Below are positions 18,059 to 25,975 of a stretch of DNA of 28,758 nucleotides, one piece after another. A program made the translations under genes and the position numbers. Position 1 is the first letter of the stretch; every line of letters starts with the position of its first letter. Source of the DNA: a virus (Duplodnaviria > Caudoviricetes); IMG/VR virus record IMGVR_UViG_3300017744_004596, positions 1 through 28,758 of that record. One strand, given 5' to 3'. The notes under the pieces are model-generated. The model was given only the letters and a program-made list of their open reading frames with translations, ran no database searches and had not been told where the DNA came from.

Positions 18059-18820
18059 TTAGACCTTAAGTGCTTTATCCCAGACTAATAAATGAAGTCT
18101 TGGTGAGAAATTAACATGCATTGACTTTGCATATTCAACTACTGCTTCTGCATTATTAATATGTTCTTCACGTGAACCTGCGCAAGGCATAAACCAAATA
18201 CGATCACGATCTAAATTAATGCCATGTTCGTCTTCAACATATTTACGCCAGATCTCTTCAATGTCAGCTGCTGGATCATTAACAACAAACTTAAACCCTG
18301 AACCAATTTTTTTATGATACTTAAGTACCTCAGGCTTATAAGTCTTTTCCTCAGGGTCACCATTAGTAGTTAGTTTAGGCGAAGTAGTAAAGGTAGCACC
18401 AAATTCATCATGCCACCTGGAGTCTGGCATAAGTGTAGCATTAGTTTCAAAATCAATTTTAGGCTCAAACCCGTATCTATAAATAAACTCGTCTACAAGC
18501 TTGAGCAATTGCTTCTGTTGAATAAGAGGCTCACCCCCAGTTAGTTTCCAGATTGTACTCTTCTCGAGTTTTTCAATCCAGTTATTATCTTCCAACATCT
18601 GAAAGATTTCATTAAAAGTCATTTTATTCTTTACACTCCACGATATAAAAGAATCGCAACCATGCGGAGAATCTTCACTTGCAAATCCTATACAGGTTAG
18701 ATTGCACATAGCCATTCTCATAAATAAAGAGCGTTGACCTACATACTCGCCTTCTCCTTCAATAGTATAGAATATCTTATCATCAGAAAGTATTAAAGTT
18801 TGTTTATCTAGATCCATCAT
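18059..18820 (-). CDS. queE: 7-carboxy-7-deazaguanine synthase (radical SAM)
   Basis: IFYTIEGEG..G..SLFMR..CNLTC..GCDS, LTGGEP, ETNAT, SPKL, FKFVV, FSPRLH. Confidence 0.88.
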   Translation of the reverse strand: MMDLDKQTLILSDDKIFYTIEGEGEYVGQRSLFMRMAMCNLTCIGFASEDSPHGCDSFISWSVKNKMTFNEIFQMLEDNNWIEKLEKSTIWKLTGGEPLIQQKQLLKLVDEFIYRYGFEPKIDFETNATLMPDSRWHDEFGATFTTSPKLTTNGDPEEKTYKPEVLKYHKKIGSGFKFVVNDPAADIEEIWRKYVEDEHGINLDRDRIWFMPCAGSREEHINNAEAVVEYAKSMHVNFSPRLHLLVWDKALKV

Positions 18821-18824
18821 ATAT

Positions 18825-18852
18825 AGTATAATACTGATATTGAATTATTCAA
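18825..18852 (-). promoter_or_regulatory. Sigma70-like promoter TTGAAT-N16-TATACT
   Basis: 4-7 nt upstream of the tandem queE ATGs. Confidence 0.6.
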
Positions 18853-18907
18853 CTGAATTAATAAAACTATAGTCAACTATTTAACTATACAATTTCTAAT
18901 ATACTTC

Positions 18908-18914
18908 CTAAATA
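18908..18914 (+). promoter_or_regulatory. Late-like promoter element CTAAATA
   Basis: 7 nt upstream of the phoH ATG. Confidence 0.4.
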
Positions 18915-18921
18915 TTATTGT

Positions 18922-19644
18922 ATGAGTAGACAAAACAAAAAAATAAACTCTCATGATGAAATTGGTGAAGATCTTTTTGACAGTAACTGGCTTATGGATT
19001 TTAAATTACGTAAACCGTTTTATTTTAAACCTAAACATCGGGAATTTTATAATATACTTCATGAATCAACAACTCAAATGTCATTTGTTGATGGCTTAGC
19101 TGGTACTGCTAAGACGTATATCGCTGTTTATGCAGCGTTAGAAATGTTAAAAGAAGGTTTATTTGAAAAAATTGTATATATTAGATCTGTTGTTGAATCA
19201 GCTGATAAAAGTTTGGGGTCATTACCTGGAGAAATTGATGATAAATTTTCACCATATATGATGCCTCTTATAGAAAAGGTAACTGAGATTTGCGGTCCCG
19301 GTACATGTAGTATGTTAAAAACAAAAGGTCTAATTGATGCAATACCAGTTAATTTTGTACGAGGATTAACCTTTAATAATATTTGTGTTATTGTTGATGA
19401 AGCCCAAAATTTAACAAAAGGTGAGCTGACAACCATTCTTACAAGATTTGGCCGCAATAGTCAATATATAGTTTGTGGTGATACAAAACAATCTGACGTT
19501 AAGCAATCTGGATTTTCAAATGTTTTTAAAAAATTTGCATCAGACGATTGTAACGATAAAGGAATCTACACACATCTTTTTGGAGTAGAAGAAATCGTAC
19601 GTAGTAAGATACTTCGCTTTATTTGCGATAAGCTGGCAGCTTAA
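18922..19644 (+). CDS. phoH: PhoH-family ATPase
   Basis: GLAGTAKT, RSVVE..LGSLPG, VRGLTF, VDEAQN, LTRFG, CGDTKQSD, IVRS. Confidence 0.92.
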   Translation: MSRQNKKINSHDEIGEDLFDSNWLMDFKLRKPFYFKPKHREFYNILHESTTQMSFVDGLAGTAKTYIAVYAALEMLKEGLFEKIVYIRSVVESADKSLGSLPGEIDDKFSPYMMPLIEKVTEICGPGTCSMLKTKGLIDAIPVNFVRGLTFNNICVIVDEAQNLTKGELTTILTRFGRNSQYIVCGDTKQSDVKQSGFSNVFKKFASDDCNDKGIYTHLFGVEEIVRSKILRFICDKLAA

Positions 19645-20195
19645 AACCACTCAGGTGGTTGTCTGTTTGTCCAAACTGCAAACGGCTTATCGTTAATTAT
19701 ATACTGTTTATATTTATCGACTGGCTTTAAACTATTAAACCCGGGTACCTTTCTGCATGTTTGGTCCGCAGCAATAGCTACTGCAAACTCTTGCTGCGGA
19801 CCTTTAGGAAGATTAACTGGCGGAGTCTTAAAAATCTCAGAAAATTTTAACTCGGTCAAGTGAACTTTACCGTATCTATGTGTATATTCATCACAAGCTG
19901 CACGAAAATGTCTATATAACCAATTATAGTTAGCAGTAGTAGACCTGCACCAGATACCTGAAGGATGTTTAATATGAGACGCTTTATATAAGATCTTTTC
20001 CATTTTCTCATCCGGATGTAACCAGCGTTTAATACGTCTATTAAGACGAGTCCTACCTTCATATTCTTTACCATCAAGTACCCGGTGAGCTGTTGACATA
20101 AGCTGAGCATACTCAACAATCATCTTAACAACATGCTTGTCACACATTTCTTTAGCAGAAATAACAGGGCACTCGTTAGTAGTAAAAATATTCAT
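19641..20195 (-). CDS. Pyrimidine-dimer DNA glycosylase/endonuclease V-like family protein
   Basis: MNIF..DKHVVKMIVEYAQLMST..YKASH.KHP..W..NYNWL..EY..RYGKVH..W..R.PPEW. Confidence 0.7.
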   Translation of the reverse strand: MNIFTTNECPVISAKEMCDKHVVKMIVEYAQLMSTAHRVLDGKEYEGRTRLNRRIKRWLHPDEKMEKILYKASHIKHPSGIWCRSTTANYNWLYRHFRAACDEYTHRYGKVHLTELKFSEIFKTPPVNLPKGPQQEFAVAIAADQTCRKVPGFNSLKPVDKYKQYIINDKPFAVWTNRQPPEWF

Positions 20196-20216
20196 TATGT
20201 TATTATAATGAAGTTA

Positions 20217-21035
20217 TTATGCAAGAAGAGCTAATGCTTTACCTGACATTGAGGTATTTACAAGATTCCTAATCAGTTTTTCTGGTGATTTTTTACCAGT
20301 ATGGGTTTCATATTCTGTAATAGCATTTAATGCATCCCATTTTGTCTCACCAACATTACCTCTACCCTTTTCAAATAGCTCAACTAGTTTTTCACGCTTT
20401 GATATACGTCGTGAGGATTCATCTTCTAAAACAGGTACTAATTTTTTCGTAAATTTAACCATTTCATCACGAGTAAACGCAGAATTCTTTAATTCTACCA
20501 TGGTAGAGTTAAAATTCTTAGCTGCCTTTATTGAACTAACAATACTTTGCAACATTTTTTCTACTTTCATATCAAAAGAAAAAGAATGCCTACTAGTACT
20601 ATCAGCGTCCCCGCTAATAAGGTGTAATGCATTGTCGCACGCTATTCTCGTAGTTGACGGAATAGTTTTATTAGAGCCCATACCAGTGTTATCAATTACA
20701 GTATAAAAATATGGCTCAATTTTATCCCCATCAACATCAATATTAGCTGCTAATTTGGATTGTATAAGTACCTTTCGACCATTTCTAGATGAAGTATAGC
20801 CAACATGATCAATATCACCTACTTGACGTGATGCTTTATCTAATACATCAACCATCTCCTCCATTTGAATAGGCCTATACTTTTTACCTACTATTCCAAG
20901 ATGCTGACGTGTATCTGTACGTTGAAGTGAAAATGTATCCGGGATAGGTACTTGATCTCTCCCAAAAACAGGAACTTTTTCTACTTCAAACTGAGGTACT
21001 TCATTAAGCGAACTAATTGTATTGATAAATCCCAT
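20217..21035 (-). CDS. DUF932-family (phage/plasmid mobile-region) protein
   Basis: RTDT..LGIVG..Y.PIQ, GRKV, TRIACDNAL, TKWDALNAITEYETH. Confidence 0.78.
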   Translation of the reverse strand: MGFINTISSLNEVPQFEVEKVPVFGRDQVPIPDTFSLQRTDTRQHLGIVGKKYRPIQMEEMVDVLDKASRQVGDIDHVGYTSSRNGRKVLIQSKLAANIDVDGDKIEPYFYTVIDNTGMGSNKTIPSTTRIACDNALHLISGDADSTSRHSFSFDMKVEKMLQSIVSSIKAAKNFNSTMVELKNSAFTRDEMVKFTKKLVPVLEDESSRRISKREKLVELFEKGRGNVGETKWDALNAITEYETHTGKKSPEKLIRNLVNTSMSGKALALLA

Positions 21036-21055
21036 AATATTCTTTCTTACACTTA

Positions 21056-21071
21056 ATTATATCAGAGTTCC
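21056..21071 (-). promoter_or_regulatory. GGAAC-N5-TATAAT promoter-like motif
   Basis: GGAACTCTGATATAAT upstream of DUF932; 15/16 identical to the copy at 27197-27212. Confidence 0.6.
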
Positions 21072-21319
21072 TATTGATTTTCCCTGACTACCTCTAATAT
21101 TCTACCTGGATCACCGGTAACCTGCTCTTTTACCTCATCATTCCTAAATACTAATAGGGTAGGTATTGATCTAATACCATATTTTTCAGCAAACTCCGGA
21201 CTATCATCAATATCAACGATATCAACCTTTAATCCTTTAGCAGCTAACATAGCCTTAACTGTTTGACACGGTCCACACCATGGTGCTGTTGCTAATTTAA
21301 TAATAGATTCTTGATTCAT
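21071..21319 (-). CDS. trxA: Thioredoxin
   Basis: APWCGPC active site, YGIRSIPT. Confidence 0.9.
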   Translation of the reverse strand: MNQESIIKLATAPWCGPCQTVKAMLAAKGLKVDIVDIDDSPEFAEKYGIRSIPTLLVFRNDEVKEQVTGDPGRILEVVRENQ

Positions 21320-21325
21320 GCATTA

Positions 21326-21353
21326 ATTATACCGTACTATATAGTGTTTGCAA
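21326..21353 (-). promoter_or_regulatory. Sigma70-like promoter TTGCAA-N16-TATAAT
   Basis: 6 nt upstream of the thioredoxin ATG. Confidence 0.65.
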
Positions 21354-21360
21354 CGTAAAT

Positions 21361-21392
21361 AAAAAAAGAGCACCAGTATACTGGTGCTCTTT
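21361..21392 (-). terminator. Rho-independent terminator downstream of folE2
   Basis: Perfect 28-bp palindrome AAAGAGCACCAGTATACTGGTGCTCTTT (21365-21392) running into a T7 tract on the minus strand. Confidence 0.85.
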
Positions 21393-21409
21393 ATAGATTG
21401 TACTACTTT

Positions 21410-22459
21410 CTAACGCAAGCCTGTTGACTCAAAGACATCACGTGCAACTCCAGCGGAGAAGCCATTTTCAACCCCTTTGACTATTACAGAAATAGCATTG
21501 TGACTATGAAGCGATTCGTTATGAGAAGCTACAATCTTAAAATCCTTAATACGCTCATCTTTATCTAGACGTGAATACAGAAGCCTTACTGCATCCTCAA
21601 CAAACTTGAGAAATGCTCCATTTTTCTCAGCAAATGCTTGCTCATCTTCCCGTTTAACCATTACTTGAGTCTCTGTCTGTAGAGCATCTAAGCAAAGCTC
21701 TTGTAGATCTTCAATCCAAAGTTTATCTTCAAATCTAACACTAACACGAGCTACACTGCGCTGACTATGCGGTACTGTAGCGCGGTTACGATACTTCTCT
21801 GCATGCTCACTTAACTCAAAACTACATGGGCAAGCTGAAGAATATACAAAATCAAAATGAAGATACTTTTTAAACTCACCATCCTTAGTAAGATCACCCT
21901 CTAATACAACATCATAATACTGATAACCTTCTAAACCACTTCGTAAGCTAGTTTGTTTAATAGGATAAGAAATCTTAAGCATAATACGTGAGTCAAAGCT
22001 CTTAAGATTCTCTTTATATGTTGTAAGAACATCTTTAATCTTACCAATACTAAACGTTTCATCCTTATGATCGTAGAAGCTTCTCATTATACGAGACATA
22101 TTAATACCTTTCTTATGAGCTTCCAAACTAACACTCCCTGTTACACTAGTTTCTAACTCAATTGTTTTACCATTACGCTTCTCATAATTAAGAGGTAACT
22201 TGAAGTTATGAATACCGACTTGCTGAATAGCAACCGGTGCACCTTGAATAAGACTAGAAGGGCCATTTTGTAGATCTGGTAATGAAGCAATATACTCTTT
22301 ACTCGCATCTACAGTATCATCATACTCACGAACAGGTGGTACATACCCATCAGCACATTCACTACCCATAATACCTTTTGCAATAGTATCCTTTTCACCG
22401 GTGAGCTCATCATCATCACCTAGCCATTCATAGTTGGAGTTATTTTCTGTCTTACTCAT
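21410..22459 (-). CDS. folE2: GTP cyclohydrolase IB
   Basis: LPDLQ, QVGI, KGINMSR, SACPCS, PHSQRS, VKREDEQ, FVEDAVR, ESLHSHNA; alternative TTG start at 22465. Confidence 0.93.
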   Translation of the reverse strand: MSKTENNSNYEWLGDDDELTGEKDTIAKGIMGSECADGYVPPVREYDDTVDASKEYIASLPDLQNGPSSLIQGAPVAIQQVGIHNFKLPLNYEKRNGKTIELETSVTGSVSLEAHKKGINMSRIMRSFYDHKDETFSIGKIKDVLTTYKENLKSFDSRIMLKISYPIKQTSLRSGLEGYQYYDVVLEGDLTKDGEFKKYLHFDFVYSSACPCSFELSEHAEKYRNRATVPHSQRSVARVSVRFEDKLWIEDLQELCLDALQTETQVMVKREDEQAFAEKNGAFLKFVEDAVRLLYSRLDKDERIKDFKIVASHNESLHSHNAISVIVKGVENGFSAGVARDVFESTGLR

Positions 22460-22470
22460 AGTCAAATATA

Positions 22471-22498
22471 ATTATAACATAACACGCGCTGTAATCAA
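22471..22498 (-). promoter_or_regulatory. Sigma70-like promoter TTGATT-N16-TATAAT
   Basis: Directly upstream of folE2. Confidence 0.65.
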
Positions 22499-22661
22499 CT
22501 AATCTAACCCTATTTTAAAATAAATTTAAAAAGTTTCTGGAAACACTTGCAATCAGGGTTGCAGATGAATAAATGGATTGTAGAGAGCCGATGACCACTA
22601 ATGTTCAGATATCTAGAGATCAGTATATAGTATTATCTTATAACAATTACCTAAACAATAG

Positions 22662-22690
22662 TTGATTTATCCGTTACAGTAGGTTATTAT
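22662..22690 (+). promoter_or_regulatory. Sigma70-like promoter TTGATT-N17-TATTAT
   Basis: 6 nt upstream of the queD ATG; may also drive the tRNAs. Confidence 0.55.
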
Positions 22691-22696
22691 ATATAT

Positions 22697-23326
22697 ATGA
22701 AATTTACTAGTAACAAAATAATTGATCTAGGTTCAGCTGCCTTTAGACAATGGAGATCGACTCATAGTCACTGTCAGTATATTCATGGATATAATTTAAC
22801 TGCAGACATTACATTTGAAGCTAATGAATTAGATGAACGTAACTGGGTTATGGATTTTGGTGGATTGAAAGAACTTAAAAAGACTTTAGAACATACTTTT
22901 GATCATAAGTTAGTTGTGGCTCAGGATGATCCTAGCCTAGATTTAATTAAACAATTGGATGAAGCAGGTATAGCAGAGGTAGTCGTATTACCCGGTGGTG
23001 TAGGATGCGAACGTTTTGCAGAATTTGTACTCAAGACAGCAGATACATTTGTAGATGAATCAACTGGTGGTAGAGTTCGTGTAAAATCTGTACAAATAAA
23101 TGAACATGGTAGTAATTTTGCTACTTGTTATAGAGATGAAAGTAATGCATCTATTTCATTTACGGAGACTCAATCTAGTACTGAGCCTTTACAATTGGAA
23201 GATGTACATGGTCCTATTGCAACTAGTGAGACTCCTGCACCGGTCGCTGACCCTAGAGCTGCACCAATTGGTAATACAGGTACAAAAACCAAAGGTGGTT
23301 GGTTTGAAGGTACTACCTGGGGTTAA
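22697..23326 (+). CDS. queD: QueD/PTPS-family 6-carboxytetrahydropterin synthase with C-terminal tail
   Basis: SHCQYIHGY, WVMDFGGLKELK, FDHK, GCERFA, NEHGSN. Confidence 0.85.
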   Translation: MKFTSNKIIDLGSAAFRQWRSTHSHCQYIHGYNLTADITFEANELDERNWVMDFGGLKELKKTLEHTFDHKLVVAQDDPSLDLIKQLDEAGIAEVVVLPGGVGCERFAEFVLKTADTFVDESTGGRVRVKSVQINEHGSNFATCYRDESNASISFTETQSSTEPLQLEDVHGPIATSETPAPVADPRAAPIGNTGTKTKGGWFEGTTWG

Positions 23327-23331
23327 TTGTT

Positions 23332-23406
23332 GCGGGTGTAGCTCAGTGGTAGAGCATTTCGTTGCCAACGAAAATGTCGTGAGTTCAAATCTCATCACCC
23401 GCTCCA
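23332..23406 (+). tRNA. tRNA-Gly(GCC)
   Basis: Acceptor GCGGGTG/CACCCGC, D-arm GCTC/GAGC, anticodon arm TTTCG-TTGCCAA-CGAAA, T-loop TTCAAAT, encoded CCA. Confidence 0.96.
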
Positions 23407-23413
23407 ACTTAAT

Positions 23414-23488
23414 GCCATCTTAGCTCAGTGGTAGAGCAATGGTTTTGTAAACCATCGGTCGTCGGTTCAAATCCGACAGATGGCTCCA
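23414..23488 (+). tRNA. tRNA-Thr(TGT)
   Basis: Acceptor GCCATCT/AGATGGC, anticodon arm ATGGT-TTTGTAA-ACCAT, T-arm GTCGG/CCGAC, encoded CCA. Confidence 0.96.
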
Positions 23489-24220
23489 TTATTGTGAACT
23501 AAATTGATCATCGTATAACTTATTAGTTATATCAATTAAACGTTCAATAAAATCGGAATTGCGTAATTCTTTAAATGCAAGATTACCAATACCAAACTCA
23601 CCATCTACATCTAATGAGTCTTTACGCATGTTACTTATTTTACGCCTAAGAGCATTTGCAGATTTTTGTAATAATTCTAAGTCTTCTACTGAAGCTGTTT
23701 GATGAGCCATTTCAAGATCGGATATTTCTCCTTTTATTTTATCTGCTTTAGCTAATACATCTCTCTCATCAATAGTAGGCTCATTATAATTGGGTTCAGT
23801 TATCCATTCATCATTAAGTAAAGAATAGAGGCCTGAAGCCTTATGAGGCTCATGTATATCTTGGAAGTAAATTTCAACTTCATAACCGCCAATGTTAATA
23901 TCATGACGAAGATTCCAAACAAACCGTTTACCATCTAAAGCTCTTTTAACTAAATCTTCATCAGCGTTAATGTTTTCAAAATCTAAAAGAATGTGAGTAT
24001 CAAGATCAGAAAAATCTGTATAGTTATAGTTAGATAATGAACCGGTAAGCTGAATATCTTCTACTAAATCTTCAACTCCAGCATCTTTAGCTACATCCAT
24101 TGCAATAGTAATAAGTCTGTCTCTAACATCAGAATCAAACTCTTTTGAATCACTCCAAAATCGTTGATTAAGTGTATCGTTATAAAAACGGCTTTCAAAA
24201 AATGTTTTAAAATTAATCAT
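23489..24220 (-). CDS. Pol-beta-superfamily nucleotidyltransferase
   Basis: LTGS..YNY..SDLD (GS..DxD) plus a third acidic residue in VEIY; helical C-terminus. Confidence 0.78.
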   Translation of the reverse strand: MINFKTFFESRFYNDTLNQRFWSDSKEFDSDVRDRLITIAMDVAKDAGVEDLVEDIQLTGSLSNYNYTDFSDLDTHILLDFENINADEDLVKRALDGKRFVWNLRHDINIGGYEVEIYFQDIHEPHKASGLYSLLNDEWITEPNYNEPTIDERDVLAKADKIKGEISDLEMAHQTASVEDLELLQKSANALRRKISNMRKDSLDVDGEFGIGNLAFKELRNSDFIERLIDITNKLYDDQFSSQ

Positions 24221-24659
24221 TTATACTAACTTCTATATTTTTATCAGCAATATTTTCCTGACTAACATCGATTAGAGCGTCAAGATCTTTTTGAATAAAA
24301 TCTTTACCTACCAATATTTTATATAAATTAGAGGCTCTATTACCAATCGAGAATGGAATATTATTAAATTCTTTCTCACCTATTTTAAAATTTAACTCAA
24401 CGACTGGTCTATGCTCCATATTACCTGCACCAACGTTAATAGTTATTTCTCCTTTTTTGGGAAGTAACAATGTCTTACCGTTGACAGTGCGAAAAAATAC
24501 TTTATCACCTTGCTCCTGAATATCTTCACCATGTATAACATTATAAGCACCATTACCAGAGTCTAATTTAGCAGGTATTTTACCAATACCCTCAATATTG
24601 AAAAACTCAATAAGTCCTAAAACAGACTTTTCTTCTATGTATTGTAAAAAAGTTTTCAT
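24213..24659 (-). CDS. Retropepsin-like protease (RimK-associated 'ATP-dependent zinc protease' family)
   Basis: AKLDSGNG (D-T/S-G), HRPVV, FSIGNR..ILVGKDF. Confidence 0.78.
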   Translation of the reverse strand: MKTFLQYIEEKSVLGLIEFFNIEGIGKIPAKLDSGNGAYNVIHGEDIQEQGDKVFFRTVNGKTLLLPKKGEITINVGAGNMEHRPVVELNFKIGEKEFNNIPFSIGNRASNLYKILVGKDFIQKDLDALIDVSQENIADKNIEVSIND

Positions 24660-24668
24660 TTGTAATTA

Positions 24669-25415
24669 TTAGCAAGAGCCTTCATCAGCTTCTGCACCAC
24701 ATCCACAATCATTAACATCTTCATGGCCTACATTAAACATTGACGCATGTTCTCCACTAGCGAAATCATAGTCTAGTTTGTGAAAAACAGAACCGAGATA
24801 ATCAGCAGCCTTAGTAATTTTAGCAGCGGTCCAACCTTCCAGCGCTGGAAGATCTTTCATCATAAGGCTAAGAGCAAATGCATATTTTTCAATTTTGTAA
24901 AGCTCAGCGAGAGCCATTTTCATTTCAGAATCATCATGATGATTTACACGCGGCATATTCTCACCATCTTCAGCTGTCTCACCAGCAAGCTTACTAATAC
25001 CTCTATCAGCAGCATCAATAGCCTTATCAGCAAGAGCTCCTACAGCACTACCTGCAGCTTTAATACCTTCACCACCAACTTCAGCAGCAACCTTTCCAGT
25101 CTCAACTGCAACATCTCTTGCTAAATTACCAGCACCTCTTAAAACCTTTTTAGTTGTATCACTAGTTGCTACTTTCCTAAGAGCGGAACCAGCACCTCTT
25201 GCTGCTGAACCTACACCTCTTGCTGCAGCACCGATACCACCAGCAAGAGCACCGAGCATTTCTTCAGTTACTTCCATGTCACTATTAACTGCACTATCTA
25301 TAATAGTATCAATCTTCTTAAGTTGATTTGCCTTAATCTCTTCTGCTGATAACTTAGGTGAAATTTGTAAATAAGCTTCAGCAATTAAACCTGCATCATT
25401 AAGTTTAGACTTCAT
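24669..25415 (-). CDS. Ala/Gly-rich hypothetical protein, probably head-internal
   Basis: Late-like CATAAATA upstream; amphipathic AARG(V/A)GSA repeats; helical C-terminal LEGWTAAKITKAADYL. Confidence 0.6.
   Translation of the reverse strand: MKSKLNDAGLIAEAYLQISPKLSAEEIKANQLKKIDTIIDSAVNSDMEVTEEMLGALAGGIGAAARGVGSAARGAGSALRKVATSDTTKKVLRGAGNLARDVAVETGKVAAEVGGEGIKAAGSAVGALADKAIDAADRGISKLAGETAEDGENMPRVNHHDDSEMKMALAELYKIEKYAFALSLMMKDLPALEGWTAAKITKAADYLGSVFHKLDYDFASGEHASMFNVGHEDVNDCGCGAEADEGSC
25186..25227. repeat. Imperfect 21-bp tandem repeat x2 (in-frame, encoding AARGVGS/AARGAGS)
   Basis: gaaccagcacctcttgctgct / gaacctacacctcttgctgca; a partial third copy accagcacctctt at 25128-25140. Confidence 0.7.
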
Positions 25416-25420
25416 GCATA

Positions 25421-25428
25421 TATTTATG
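25421..25428 (-). promoter_or_regulatory. T4-late-like promoter element CATAAATA
   Basis: 5 nt upstream of the ATG at 25415. Confidence 0.5.
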
Positions 25429-25975
25429 CTTCAAGCACTGCTTTTATAGCAGCTTTATCAGTTTCAGATAACTCTTCTGGTACAAAATAATTAATAGCCT
25501 CATCAATATTGTTAGCAATGAGAGCTCTTGTCTTAGTACCTGAAATACCATCTTCTTGAAGTGGTATTTTTGTCACACTCACTAGCGGATATTTGTCAGC
25601 ATTCTTTTCAAAGTAAGCATATCTCTTTACGTCTTCATCTTTATCACCAGCACCGACTGTAATCTCTACATCTTTATTTTCATCTGCATAATCATAAACA
25701 GATTTTACTGGTGAAATAGGTGCTAATATAACTTCAACTGGTTTACCTGCATACTTAGCATAAATATCCCAAATTGCTTTTGATTGTTCGGCAGTAATAC
25801 CGTCCCGATCCTTATTACCAATGACAACGATACCACGATCGGCATCTTCTAAAAGATATTTGAAAGCACTGAAATGACCTTTTGTAGGCGGCTTGTAGCC
25901 ACCTGGCATAAGTGTTATTCTCTCCTTATCTCTTAGGTGCTCTCCGTCTTCGTAATATTCTCTAAACGTTTTCAT
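25424..25975 (-). CDS. Cytidyltransferase-like (HIGH/TxGH) nucleotidyltransferase
   Basis: PGGYKPPTKGH, GAGDKD, ISGTKTR (ISST-like motif). Confidence 0.8.
   Translation of the reverse strand: MKTFREYYEDGEHLRDKERITLMPGGYKPPTKGHFSAFKYLLEDADRGIVVIGNKDRDGITAEQSKAIWDIYAKYAGKPVEVILAPISPVKSVYDYADENKDVEITVGAGDKDEDVKRYAYFEKNADKYPLVSVTKIPLQEDGISGTKTRALIANNIDEAINYFVPEELSETDKAAIKAVLEA

Noticed and set aside
17230-19644. Convergent genes sharing a 4-bp TTAA stop overlap (17230-17233 and 19641-19644)
   Set aside because: Real, but an ordinary result of genome compaction in AT-rich DNA
22466-22696. preQ1 riboswitch upstream of queD or folE2
   Set aside because: No recognisable preQ1 aptamer, and the promoter-like elements lie too close to the start codons to leave room for a leader
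23100-23423. ORFs 23100-23423 (+) and 23189-23407 (-)
   Set aside because: They overlap queD and tRNA-Gly; the translations are typical tRNA-shadow peptides
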